A stretch of 33,642 nt of DNA from a virus (IMGVR_UViG_3300032303_002768:1-33642); one strand, 5' to 3'. Positions 9,652 to 17,914 are shown, counted from the stretch's first letter. Notes: generated by a model from the sequence alone, not told the origin. Numbers and translations: made by a program.

Positions 9652-9777
9652 GGCTATAAACGACACAACTTAGGATGTTATAGTTACATATACACCCGAA
9701 ACTCGGAAGCGAGTGGCGTGTGAGACAGATACAGCATGTACGTCATGTGCAACTGGAAGTCGCCATCGTTTATAGCC
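9652..9777 (+). ncRNA. Candidate structured ncRNA of unknown family
   Basis: Perfect 12-bp closing stem GGCTATAAACGA/TCGTTTATAGCC with internal hairpins; fills the tRNA-Gln to tRNA-Gly gap. Confidence 0.6.
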
Positions 9778-9780
9778 CCT

Positions 9781-9851
9781 GCGAATATTGCATAGTGGTA
9801 GTGCGTAACCTTGCCAAGGTTAATGTGCGAGTTCGATTCTCGCTATTCGCT
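9781..9851 (+). tRNA. tRNA-Gly(GCC)
   Basis: GCGAATA/TATTCGC, TAACC-TTGCCAA-GGTTA, GCGAG-TTCGATT-CTCGC, U discriminator. Confidence 0.95.
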
Positions 9852-9889
9852 CTTCGTGGTATAATTTATATAAATAATTAGGGGGAAAC

Positions 9890-10741
9890 ATGCCATACAA
9901 AATTGTTCAACATGAAGGTAAGTTTTCAGTAGTAGCACAAAATACTGGACACGTTGCTGGTACACACCCAAGCAAGCAAAAAGCACAAGCACAAATGGCT
10001 GCTTTATATGCCAATGAACCAGGAGCAAATGTAAAAAAGTGCATGACTTGTGGTTGTGATGATTTAGGAAATGATCATCATTATATCTCTGATACAGAAA
10101 AGTGTGCAAGTTGCATTGATAAAGGTCAAGGTCCTTGTTGGGATGGATACCAATATGCTGGAACAAAAGAACAAAATGGAAGAACAGTCCCTAATTGTAT
10201 TCCAGTCAAAAAAGCTGATGGTGGATACCAACCAAATGCTGGAATGAAAGCAGCAGCACGTCGTGCATTAAAATGGAAAGAAGAAGGCAAGGCAAATGGA
10301 GCTGGCACACCAGTTGGTTGGGGTCGTGCAAGCGATATAGTTGCTGGAAGATCAATGTCTCTTGACACAGTTAAAAGAATGTATTCTTTTTTTTCAAGAC
10401 ATGAAGTTGATAAAAAAGGAAAAAATTGGGATAAACCATCTAACGGTAAAATTATGTGGAACGCATGGGGCGGAGATGCAGGTTTTGCATGGTCTCGTGC
10501 AATTGTAAATAAAGAAGAAAAAATTGCAAAAGAAATTTGGAATGGCGCATTTTCACCAATTCAAAAGAAAAAAGATAAATTTAAAGATATAATTTCAGAT
10601 AAAAAAGGAAAACCATCAGATAAAGAATTATATGCAAGAGTAATTGCTGATGCTAAAAAGAAATTTGAAGTGTATCCTTCAGCTTACGCAAATGGTTGGG
10701 TTGTTCAGGAATACAAACGCCGTGGAGGAAAATACAATTAA
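9890..10741 (+). CDS. Modular putative head-associated protein (PCWxGY module, WGGDAG module, C-terminal DUF5872-like module)
   Basis: Concatenated short phage modules GPCWDGY..VPNC, RMYSFFSRH..WGGDAG and YPSAYANGWVVQEYKRRGGKY; TG-TATAAT and GGGGA SD upstream. Confidence 0.6.
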   Translation: MPYKIVQHEGKFSVVAQNTGHVAGTHPSKQKAQAQMAALYANEPGANVKKCMTCGCDDLGNDHHYISDTEKCASCIDKGQGPCWDGYQYAGTKEQNGRTVPNCIPVKKADGGYQPNAGMKAAARRALKWKEEGKANGAGTPVGWGRASDIVAGRSMSLDTVKRMYSFFSRHEVDKKGKNWDKPSNGKIMWNAWGGDAGFAWSRAIVNKEEKIAKEIWNGAFSPIQKKKDKFKDIISDKKGKPSDKELYARVIADAKKKFEVYPSAYANGWVVQEYKRRGGKYN

Positions 10742-11165
10742 AAAAGAACGTGGTAATATTGCGGGAGATTCATCGGCAAGCTCTGGTCGCATAAGCGGTG
10801 GCGTTGGTTGGAAGATAGAATTTAATACTCCAGATTGCCAACACGGTTGGTCTGTAATTAAAGTAGGTTCGGGACAATCAATAGGTTGTTATCTTAAAGA
10901 AGAAGATGCAAAAGCAGCATTAGAAGCATTAGCAGTTACAGAGCCAGTAGTAAAGGGTGCAAATCCTACTCCAACAAAAGAATCAACTTCAATTTGGGAT
11001 GGAGTTTTTTTGCCACTTGGACAAGCAATGTCTGGAACTAATTATGGTGAAATGTCGGGAGATGCTGGATGGATGTCAACTTATAATTCACCACCACAAC
11101 ATGACGGTAAACCAACAGTTGGATATGGTAATCATTCAGACCCAAAAGGTAGATCTAATCAATAA
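10722..11165 (+). CDS. Hypothetical protein sharing a module and the IWxGxFxP motif with 9890..10741
   Basis: GTG 10722 (MEENTIKKE) preferred over the track start at 10644; WSVIK..IGCY..AKAALEALAVTEP resembles FSVVA..AGTH..AQAQMAALYANEP. Confidence 0.6.
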   Translation: MEENTIKKERGNIAGDSSASSGRISGGVGWKIEFNTPDCQHGWSVIKVGSGQSIGCYLKEEDAKAALEALAVTEPVVKGANPTPTKESTSIWDGVFLPLGQAMSGTNYGEMSGDAGWMSTYNSPPQHDGKPTVGYGNHSDPKGRSNQ

Positions 11166-11179
11166 AAGAAAGAATAAAA

Positions 11180-12052
11180 ATGTGCAAAGCTTTTGAAAAA
11201 AAAGTTTCAATTGTTCGTATTATAGGAAATGACATTCCAGGCATACATGGAGATTTGCAATCATTAAAAAACTTAAAATATATTTTAAAAAATGAAAAAA
11301 AATTTAAAAATGTTGAAAAAATTTTTATTATCAATAAAATATTAGATAAAAAAATTGAAAAAAAAATAATTCATCAAATTAAAAAGCATGGCTTTATTTA
11401 TCATGTAATTCCATTTAATTATAATAAATTTTTAAAAACATTTAATGAAGATTTTAAGAAAAAAATTGAAAAAAATAATGTTGAAAACAAACTTAAAAAA
11501 TTTTTAAAATCAATTCATTACATCATAGATATAAATAGTGCAAGAAATATAGGTATTGAGATTGGTTTTTTACATTCAAAAACAGTATTAATATTTGATG
11601 GAAATTCTTTTTTTACTAAAGAGCTTTATAATGATTTTAAAAACAAACATAAAAAATTTAATGGTCAAAAAAATATTTTTGTTTTTCCAGTTCACAGGTT
11701 AAAAAATTATGAACAAATCTTTAAAAAAGAAGAACATAATTTTTACTACGAACCACAAGTTGGACTAGAAAATATTAATTCAAAATTTGATCCAGATTGT
11801 TTTTATACAGATTTTGAAAAAATTGAATTTTTAATAAGACACGGCATAGACGGATATTGGAATGAATGGAAAAAAGACAATCAGCAATATGCGTTAAAAG
11901 ATTTTAACAATGTATACTGCAAAGGAATATTTAGGCTTCCAACTCACACTAACTTTGATTTTAATGATAACAAGCTGTCGTTAGAAAAAAAACAAACAAG
12001 ATATAAGGGAATGCTGGACCTTTTAGACTTAGCATTTTTAAACGCTTATTAA
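11180..12052 (+). CDS. Putative GT-A-like glycosyltransferase, paralog 1
   Basis: RIIGND, NSARN, LIFDGNSFF, EPQ motifs; very AT-rich. Confidence 0.5.
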   Translation: MCKAFEKKVSIVRIIGNDIPGIHGDLQSLKNLKYILKNEKKFKNVEKIFIINKILDKKIEKKIIHQIKKHGFIYHVIPFNYNKFLKTFNEDFKKKIEKNNVENKLKKFLKSIHYIIDINSARNIGIEIGFLHSKTVLIFDGNSFFTKELYNDFKNKHKKFNGQKNIFVFPVHRLKNYEQIFKKEEHNFYYEPQVGLENINSKFDPDCFYTDFEKIEFLIRHGIDGYWNEWKKDNQQYALKDFNNVYCKGIFRLPTHTNFDFNDNKLSLEKKQTRYKGMLDLLDLAFLNAY

Positions 12053-12094
12053 AAACCACAATTGTGATACAATGTTTAAGTAGAAAGGCATAAA

Positions 12095-13087
12095 ATGATT
12101 CATCATATGAGTATAGACCCAAATGGTTTTTGTAACGCAAAATGTTGGTTTTGTCCTGTTGCATACGTTGGCAATTCAAAAGAAAACAAAACAAACATGT
12201 CTCTTGAAACAATGGAAAGTATCTTTAAGCAATTAGATGAAGGTAAAGGCGATTGGGTTTCAGAAATGATTTTTAATACTCCAATTCATTTTAATGAAGT
12301 TTTGCTTTATCCGCATTTTGAAGAGATGCTAAGTTTGCATAGAAAATATAAAATTGGTGTAGGAATATATACCAACGGCGTAAACTTAACAAGAGAAAAA
12401 ACTGATCTAATTAAAAAATATCGAGACACTGTTACGGTTGTTGCCATAAATGTCCCTTCTTTAGAAGCAGAACAATGGTCTAAGTTTACTGGCTTTAATA
12501 TTAAAATTTTTCCAAAACTATTAGATAATCTTAAATATGCAGAAGAAAAACTTTCTAAAATATATTCACCAAAACATTTTTATATTATGGCAAACGGCGT
12601 TAATGAAAAATCATTATTTAAAAACGGGGGTTGGTTAGATATGTTGCCAAATGCTCCAAAATATGACATGGATTTAGATACAGGAACTCTTGCAAACATT
12701 GTAAAAAACATGAAAGAGTTGTTGCCAAATACAAACATATGGGGCAGAAATAATTTGGGTGATAGAACCAGTGTATTAGAAGATTTAAATATTATTTCAA
12801 ATCAATCTGCAATAAAAGAAAAAAATAAAGGAAAAGTAATTGGTTGTGGCTTGAAGTATAACGAAAATCTTTATATATCAGCTACGGGCAATGTTTATAT
12901 TTGTTGTGTAGATTTTAATTATGAAACAGTTTATGCAAATATTCATGAAACACCACTTAAAGAAATTTGGTTGGGCGCAGACAGAAGAGAAGCAATTCAA
13001 AAAGCTTATGATGGACTTTGTTTAAATTGTTTGCATGGAGTTAGAGAAGAAGGATCTGGTCCAGCGATTAAAAAGGTTATAGAGTAA
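12095..13087 (+). CDS. Radical SAM protein with twitch/SPASM-like C-terminus, paralog 1
   Basis: CNAKCWFC (CX3CX2C), NEVLLYP, TNG, then GC...GNVYICC...IW...CLNC. Confidence 0.9.
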   Translation: MIHHMSIDPNGFCNAKCWFCPVAYVGNSKENKTNMSLETMESIFKQLDEGKGDWVSEMIFNTPIHFNEVLLYPHFEEMLSLHRKYKIGVGIYTNGVNLTREKTDLIKKYRDTVTVVAINVPSLEAEQWSKFTGFNIKIFPKLLDNLKYAEEKLSKIYSPKHFYIMANGVNEKSLFKNGGWLDMLPNAPKYDMDLDTGTLANIVKNMKELLPNTNIWGRNNLGDRTSVLEDLNIISNQSAIKEKNKGKVIGCGLKYNENLYISATGNVYICCVDFNYETVYANIHETPLKEIWLGADRREAIQKAYDGLCLNCLHGVREEGSGPAIKKVIE

Positions 13088-13092
13088 TTTTA

Positions 13093-14085
13093 ATGATTAA
13101 AAGCATAAATATTGACCCTAATGGTTTATGTAATGCAAAATGCTGGTTTTGTCCAGTTGCTTATGAAGGCAATCCTAAAAAACAAAAAACAAACATGCCC
13201 TTAGATTTAATGGAAAGCATCCTTTCCCAGTTAGATGCGGGAAGAGGAGAATGGGTTTCAAAAAAAATATACAATGCGCCAATTCATTTTAATGAAGTAT
13301 TACTCTATCCATATTTTAAAGAAATGCTTGATTTGCATAGAAAATATAAGGTATCTGTATCCATTTATACTAATGGTGTAAACTTAACAAAGGAAAAAAC
13401 AGATACAATTGTAGAATACAGAGATGTTGTAGATTTAATAGCTTTAAATGTTCCATCTCTTAATGCAGAGCAATGGTCAAAATTTACTGGATTTAATATT
13501 AAAATTTTTCCTAAGTTAATAGAAAATTTAAAATATGCAGAAGAAAAATTATCAACTGTTTATTCTCCAGAAGATTTTTATATTATGGCAAACGGTGTTG
13601 ATGAGAAGTCATTATTTAAAAATGGTGGATGGATAGAAATGCTAGAAGATGCTCCAAATTACAACCTAGATTTAAATAATGGAACCTTAGCTACAATTGT
13701 AAAAGAAATGAAAGAAATTTTACCAAATACAAATATTTGGGGAAGAAACAATTTGGGCGATAGAACTGGTGTTTTAGAAGAACTTAAAATAATTTCTAAT
13801 CAATCTGCAGTTAACCAAAAAAATAGCGGTAAAGTAATTGGTTGTGGTTTAAAGTTTGATGAAAGACTTTACATTGCAGCAAATGGGGATGTTTATATTT
13901 GTGCTGTAGACTTTAATTATGAAATTGTTTATGGCAATGTAAAAGAAATACCACTTAAAGAAATTTGGCAAGGATCACAAAGAAAAGATGCTATCAAAAA
14001 AAGCTACGAAACTTTGTGTCAATCATGTCTACATGCAATTAAAGAAGAAGGTTCTGGACCCTCATTAGTAAAGGTGATAAAATAA
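13093..14085 (+). CDS. Radical SAM protein with twitch/SPASM-like C-terminus, paralog 2
   Basis: CNAKCWFC, TNG, GC...GDVYICA...CQSC. Confidence 0.9.
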   Translation: MIKSINIDPNGLCNAKCWFCPVAYEGNPKKQKTNMPLDLMESILSQLDAGRGEWVSKKIYNAPIHFNEVLLYPYFKEMLDLHRKYKVSVSIYTNGVNLTKEKTDTIVEYRDVVDLIALNVPSLNAEQWSKFTGFNIKIFPKLIENLKYAEEKLSTVYSPEDFYIMANGVDEKSLFKNGGWIEMLEDAPNYNLDLNNGTLATIVKEMKEILPNTNIWGRNNLGDRTGVLEELKIISNQSAVNQKNSGKVIGCGLKFDERLYIAANGDVYICAVDFNYEIVYGNVKEIPLKEIWQGSQRKDAIKKSYETLCQSCLHAIKEEGSGPSLVKVIK

Positions 14086-14087
14086 AA

Positions 14088-15107
14088 ATGATAAAGTTAT
14101 ATGAATATAAACCAAAAATTAAATATGTAAATATTGATCCAAATGGAATATGTAATGCAAAATGTTGGTTTTGCCCAGTTGCATATGTAGGAAATTCAAA
14201 AGAAAATAAAACAAATATGTCTATTGAAACAATGGAAAATATTTTTAAACAACTTGATGAAGGCCGTGGAGATTTTGTTGTTCCAGGAACAATTTTTAAT
14301 TCTCCAATTCATTTTAACGAAATGTTACTATATCCATATTTTGAAGAAATGCTTGAGCTTCATAGAAAATATAATATTGCTATGATTGTTTTTACTAACG
14401 GCGTAAATTTAACAAAAGAAAAAACTGATCTAATTAAAAAATACAAAGATGTTGTTAAAGAAGTAAGGTTAAACGTTCCTTCAGCAAATGCAGAAGAATG
14501 GTCTAAATTTACTGGTTTTAATATTAAAATTTTTCCAAAACTTTTAGATAATATTAAATATGCAGAACAAGAATTGTCTACGATTTATGATTCAAAAACT
14601 TTTTATATAATGGTAAATGGTGTTAATGAAAAATCATTATATAAAAACGGTGGTTGGACTGAAATTCTTGAAAATGCACCAGAATATAATTTGAGCTTAA
14701 AAGACGGAACAATGTCAAAAGCAGTTGAAGAATTTAAAGTTATTTTTCCAAAAATACATGTTTGGGGAGGAAATAATTTAAGCGATAGAACAAGCATCTT
14801 GGAAGATTTAAAAATTATATCTAATCAACCTTCAATTAAAACAAAAAATCAAGGAAAAGTAATAGGTTGCGGAACATCCTTTAATCAAGCGTTTTACATA
14901 TCTGCAACTGGCAATGTTTATATTTGCTGCATAGATTTTGACTATGAGACAGTTTACGCAAATATTCATAATACTTCTATTAAAGAAATTTGGGAAGGAT
15001 CTCAAAGGCAAGAGGCAATTAAAAAAGCGTATTCTGGTTTATGTGTTGAATGCCTTCATGCAATAAAAGAAGAGGGATCTGGGCCCAGCTTGCAAAAAAC
15101 AATTTAA
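14088..15107 (+). CDS. Radical SAM protein with twitch/SPASM-like C-terminus, paralog 3
   Basis: CNAKCWFC, TNG, GC...GNVYICC...CVEC. Confidence 0.9.
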   Translation: MIKLYEYKPKIKYVNIDPNGICNAKCWFCPVAYVGNSKENKTNMSIETMENIFKQLDEGRGDFVVPGTIFNSPIHFNEMLLYPYFEEMLELHRKYNIAMIVFTNGVNLTKEKTDLIKKYKDVVKEVRLNVPSANAEEWSKFTGFNIKIFPKLLDNIKYAEQELSTIYDSKTFYIMVNGVNEKSLYKNGGWTEILENAPEYNLSLKDGTMSKAVEEFKVIFPKIHVWGGNNLSDRTSILEDLKIISNQPSIKTKNQGKVIGCGTSFNQAFYISATGNVYICCIDFDYETVYANIHNTSIKEIWEGSQRQEAIKKAYSGLCVECLHAIKEEGSGPSLQKTI

Positions 15108-15118
15108 TATATTATAAT
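15090..15118 (+). promoter_or_regulatory. sigma70-type promoter for hsp20
   Basis: TTGCAA(15090-15095)-N17-TATAAT(15113-15118). Confidence 0.65.
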
Positions 15119-15123
15119 ATAAA

Positions 15124-15183
15124 TGAGCTGCCAATAGGGGCTCAAAATCTAACTAACTTGCTGAAAAGGAGCTAAGTAAAATG
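15124..15183 (+). promoter_or_regulatory. ROSE-like RNA thermometer in the hsp20 5' UTR
   Basis: 5' hairpin TGAGC..GCTCA, then CTTGCT-GAAA-AGGAG pairing the SD with a bulged G. Confidence 0.6.
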
Positions 15184-15615
15184 ACACATCTAAGATACAC
15201 AGACCCATTCGTACAAATTCAATCTATTTTTAATGACCCGTTCTTTCTAGGGTTTAATGATCAATTTGTAAGGTGGGAATCAAATAAGAAAACAACATCA
15301 CAATTTCCTCCATATAATGTAAAAAAGGTTGACGAAGACAATTACACAATTGAACTTGCAGTTGCGGGATATTCCCGTGAAGACCTTGAGATTAAAGTAG
15401 AAAAAGATACTCTAACAATCAAAAGCGAAAAAGAAAAAGACGAAAAATCTGATTTCCTACATCGTGGCATTGCGGGACGTAATTTTACTCAACACTTTAC
15501 ATTAGGAGAATATATGGTTGTTAAATCTGCTTCACTTGAAAATGGATTACTTTCAATTAATATTGAACGTGAACTTCCAGAGGAAGCCAAACCTAAGACT
15601 ATTAAAATCAAATAG
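15181..15615 (+). CDS. hsp20: Small heat-shock protein (Hsp20/IbpA-like)
   Basis: FPPYNV, IELAVAGY, LHRGIAGRNF, ENGLLSI, PKTIKI. Confidence 0.95.
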   Translation: MTHLRYTDPFVQIQSIFNDPFFLGFNDQFVRWESNKKTTSQFPPYNVKKVDEDNYTIELAVAGYSREDLEIKVEKDTLTIKSEKEKDEKSDFLHRGIAGRNFTQHFTLGEYMVVKSASLENGLLSINIERELPEEAKPKTIKIK

Positions 15616-15626
15616 TGTATAATTAA

Positions 15627-15690
15627 AATCTGCACCCCTTAATCGGGGAGTCGCAGATTGTGACCTGAGCAAGTCCTAAAACTGCTCACA
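15627..15690 (+). ncRNA. Candidate small structured RNA (hairpin plus H-type pseudoknot)
   Basis: Starts 3 nt after TATAAT(15618-15623); AATCTGC/GCAGATT hairpin, then GAC/GTC crossed with TGAGCA/TGCTCA. Confidence 0.45.
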
Positions 15691-15717
15691 TAGAAATTAG
15701 GGGTAAACAAAATATCA

Positions 15718-16650
15718 ATGCATCAAGTGTCTCTTGTTCGCATCATAGGAAATGATGTCCCTGAAATACACAGCCAAGACCAATCTTTAAAAAATTTAAT
15801 TTATATTTTAAAAAATGAAAAAAATTTTATAAATTGCAAAAAAATATTTATTTTAAACAAAATAGTTAATAAAAATATTGAAAAAGAAATTATTGATCAA
15901 CTTAAAAAACATAATATTGAATATTTTATTATACCTTTTCAAACAAAAGAATTTATAAATTTATTTAATAAAAATTTTAAATGTTTAGATAAAAAACTAA
16001 ATTTGTTTAATTTTGAACCAGAGGATTCCTTTGCTTTAACAGAAACAATGTCGGAATCTATATATTTTTTAACAAATGTAAATAAAGCAAGAAATTTTGG
16101 AATAGAAAAAGGAAATATTTATTCAAATACAACTTTAATATTTGATGGTAGTTGTTTTATGACAGAAGAACTTTATTTTGATTTTTTAAATAATTTAAAT
16201 AAAACAGATAAAAATGATAAAGCTATTTTTATTTTTCCAATGCATCGTTTATCAAATTACAATCAAATAAAAAATAAAGAAAAACATAATTTTTGGTTTG
16301 AGCCACAAATTGGAATGAAAAATATTGTTTTAAATTTTGACAATAATAAACAATGGCCAGAAGATAAAATTGAATTTTTACACAGATATGGCATAGAAGG
16401 TTATTGGGATTTATGGAAAGAAAAAAATCAAAAATATGAAAGTCTAGATTGTTTAAAGATTTATTGCAAGGGAGTATTTAGGCTTCCAACTTGGACATTT
16501 TTTGACATAAAAAACAAAAACAAAAAACCAGACCTAAATTCAATAAAAAACTTTGGATTAATACCTGGCAGAAATTTATTTAGAAAAGTAGGATTGATCA
16601 AGCTTTTAACATTGGCATATTCACAATCTTTTATTGACAAAGAAGGTTGA
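15718..16650 (+). CDS. Putative GT-A-like glycosyltransferase, paralog 2
   Basis: RIIGND, NKARN, LIFDGSCFM, EPQ; clearly homologous to 11180..12052. Confidence 0.5.
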   Translation: MHQVSLVRIIGNDVPEIHSQDQSLKNLIYILKNEKNFINCKKIFILNKIVNKNIEKEIIDQLKKHNIEYFIIPFQTKEFINLFNKNFKCLDKKLNLFNFEPEDSFALTETMSESIYFLTNVNKARNFGIEKGNIYSNTTLIFDGSCFMTEELYFDFLNNLNKTDKNDKAIFIFPMHRLSNYNQIKNKEKHNFWFEPQIGMKNIVLNFDNNKQWPEDKIEFLHRYGIEGYWDLWKEKNQKYESLDCLKIYCKGVFRLPTWTFFDIKNKNKKPDLNSIKNFGLIPGRNLFRKVGLIKLLTLAYSQSFIDKEG

Positions 16651-16662
16651 TGGGTATATAAT
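16634..16662 (+). promoter_or_regulatory. Consensus sigma70 promoter for dps
   Basis: TTGACA(16634-16639)-N17-TATAAT(16657-16662). Confidence 0.8.
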
Positions 16663-16695
16663 GATATTTATAAAGACGTACAGGAAGTGGTAAAT

Positions 16696-17142
16696 ATGGC
16701 AACAAATCAAGAATTGGTAAGTGTTTTAAAAGAATTACAATCTATGGCGATGAAGATTTATGCACAGTCTCATGGCTACCATTGGAATATTAAAGGTCGG
16801 GAATTCAAACAAGACCATGCTTTCTTGTTAGAAATTTACGAAGACGTGTTTGATTCAATTGATACTTACGCAGAAAATTTAAGAAAGATTGGCGTTAAAG
16901 CCCCGTTTGGCTTAGAGCAATTACAACAAAATAGTGCATTAAGAATAAATGATTCATTTGAATTAACAGCAGAACAAATGTTTTTTGAATTAAGTAAAAC
17001 AAATTTACAAATAATTGATAAATTAAAAGATGGTTGCGATATTGCTGATAAAGCAAGGGAACAAGGCATACTAAACTTTTTTGCTGATCGCCTAGACAAG
17101 CATGAATTTTGGCAATGGCAGTTGACAGAAACCCTAGCATAA
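16696..17142 (+). CDS. dps: Dps/ferritin-like DNA-protection protein
   Basis: HGYHWNIKG..F...H......YE......D..AE ferroxidase pattern; ATG 16696 follows AGGAAG. Confidence 0.9.
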   Translation: MATNQELVSVLKELQSMAMKIYAQSHGYHWNIKGREFKQDHAFLLEIYEDVFDSIDTYAENLRKIGVKAPFGLEQLQQNSALRINDSFELTAEQMFFELSKTNLQIIDKLKDGCDIADKAREQGILNFFADRLDKHEFWQWQLTETLA

Positions 17143-17151
17143 TTATATAAT
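17122..17151 (+). promoter_or_regulatory. sigma70-type promoter upstream of the tRNA cluster
   Basis: TTGACA(17122-17127)-N18-TATAAT(17146-17151). Confidence 0.55.
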
Positions 17152-17171
17152 ATAAATATCAAACAAAAGAT

Positions 17172-17206
17172 AACAAAAGGTACTAGAGATAGTACCTTTT
17201 GTTTTT
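17172..17206. terminator. Intrinsic terminator-like hairpin
   Basis: AACAAAAGGTACTA-GAGA-TAGTACCTTTTGTT followed by T-run. Confidence 0.7.
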
Positions 17207-17211
17207 AATAT

Positions 17212-17285
17212 GGAGCAGTAGCTTAGTTGGTTAAAGCCCCGAACTCATAATTCGGTAATCGTAGGTTCAAGTCCTACCTGCTCCA
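17212..17285 (+). tRNA. tRNA-Met(CAT), elongator type (Ile2 not excluded)
   Basis: GGAGCAG/CTGCTCC, CCGAA-CTCATAA-TTCGG, GTAGG-TTCAAGT-CCTAC. Confidence 0.85.
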
Positions 17286-17289
17286 CAAA

Positions 17290-17362
17290 GCCCCAGTAAT
17301 CCAGTGGTAGAGATAGTAGACTTAAAATCTATACAGCGTTGGTTCAAATCCAACTTGGGGTA
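17290..17362 (+). tRNA. tRNA-Leu(TAA) with short variable region
   Basis: GCCCCAG/TTGGGGT, GTAGA-CTTAAAA-TCTAT, 5-nt variable loop ACAGC, GTTGG-TTCAAAT-CCAAC. Confidence 0.88.
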
Positions 17363-17363
17363 C

Positions 17364-17436
17364 GCTTCTATAGCTCAGTTGGTAGAGCAGCAGACTTTTA
17401 ATCTGCGGGTCGTAGGTTCGAAACCTACTGGAGGCA
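17364..17436 (+). tRNA. tRNA-Lys(TTT)
   Basis: GCTTCTA/TGGAGGC, GCAGA-CTTTTAA-TCTGC, GTAGG-TTCGAAA-CCTAC. Confidence 0.93.
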
Positions 17437-17440
17437 CTAA

Positions 17441-17513
17441 GCCTTTGTAGCTCAGGGGATAGAGCGAGACTCTTCTAAGGTCTGCGTCGCAGGTTCGATT
17501 CCTGCCAAGGGCG
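17441..17513 (+). tRNA. tRNA-Arg(TCT)
   Basis: GCCTTTG/CAAGGGC, AGACT-CTTCTAA-GGTCT, GCAGG-TTCGATT-CCTGC. Confidence 0.93.
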
Positions 17514-17567
17514 CATGTATTTATTTAATATTAGTGTATAATGATTTATGAGGAAAGGTTTAGCCAT

Positions 17568-17894
17568 ATGGATTATGATCCTTCTAATGAAGAGCATCAA
17601 CAAATAATGAATTATTTGATTGAAGAGGGTGCAGCATTTTTAGACGGGATAGATGAAGATGGCGAAGCTATATATAAGTTTGACATGGATGTTTTGGAAG
17701 AGATTATGCCAGAACTACATGCTGTGATGGAAGAAGATATAAATCAAGTTTTGGTTGATTTGTATCAAAAAGGTTTAATTGAAGTATCTTATGATGAAAA
17801 TTTAAATGCCCTTATGGACATTTCAGAGCAAGGTAAAGTTGCTTTAATGGAAGCAGGGTTTGATTTTGATGAAAAAGATGAGTTCGAATTATAA
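17568..17894 (+). CDS. Hypothetical acidic protein
   Basis: TATAAT 17537-17542 and AGGAAAGG SD favour ATG 17568 over 17541. Confidence 0.7.
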   Translation: MDYDPSNEEHQQIMNYLIEEGAAFLDGIDEDGEAIYKFDMDVLEEIMPELHAVMEEDINQVLVDLYQKGLIEVSYDENLNALMDISEQGKVALMEAGFDFDEKDEFEL

Positions 17895-17914
17895 AACAAG
17901 GTGGTGATTTAAAT

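Noticed and set aside
9652-9777. tRNA-associated HDV-like (theta) ribozyme, tmRNA, SRP RNA or an extra tRNA
   Set aside because: The 5' end pairs with the extreme 3' end rather than forming a nested double pseudoknot; no T-loop, tag ORF or SRP helix-8 motif recognised
10644-10745. Frameshift fusing 9890..10741 with the next ORF
   Set aside because: An in-frame GTG at 10722 with upstream AGGA gives an ordinary short overlap, and the first protein ends at a natural module end (RGGKYN)
11165-15180. RiPP cluster for the radical SAM trio
   Set aside because: No adjacent precursor ORF, N-terminal RRE extension, dedicated peptidase or transporter visible; intergenic gaps are too short
17212-17285. 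Initiator tRNA-fMet
   Set aside because: G1-C72 is paired and the anticodon stem lacks three consecutive G-C pairs next to the loop
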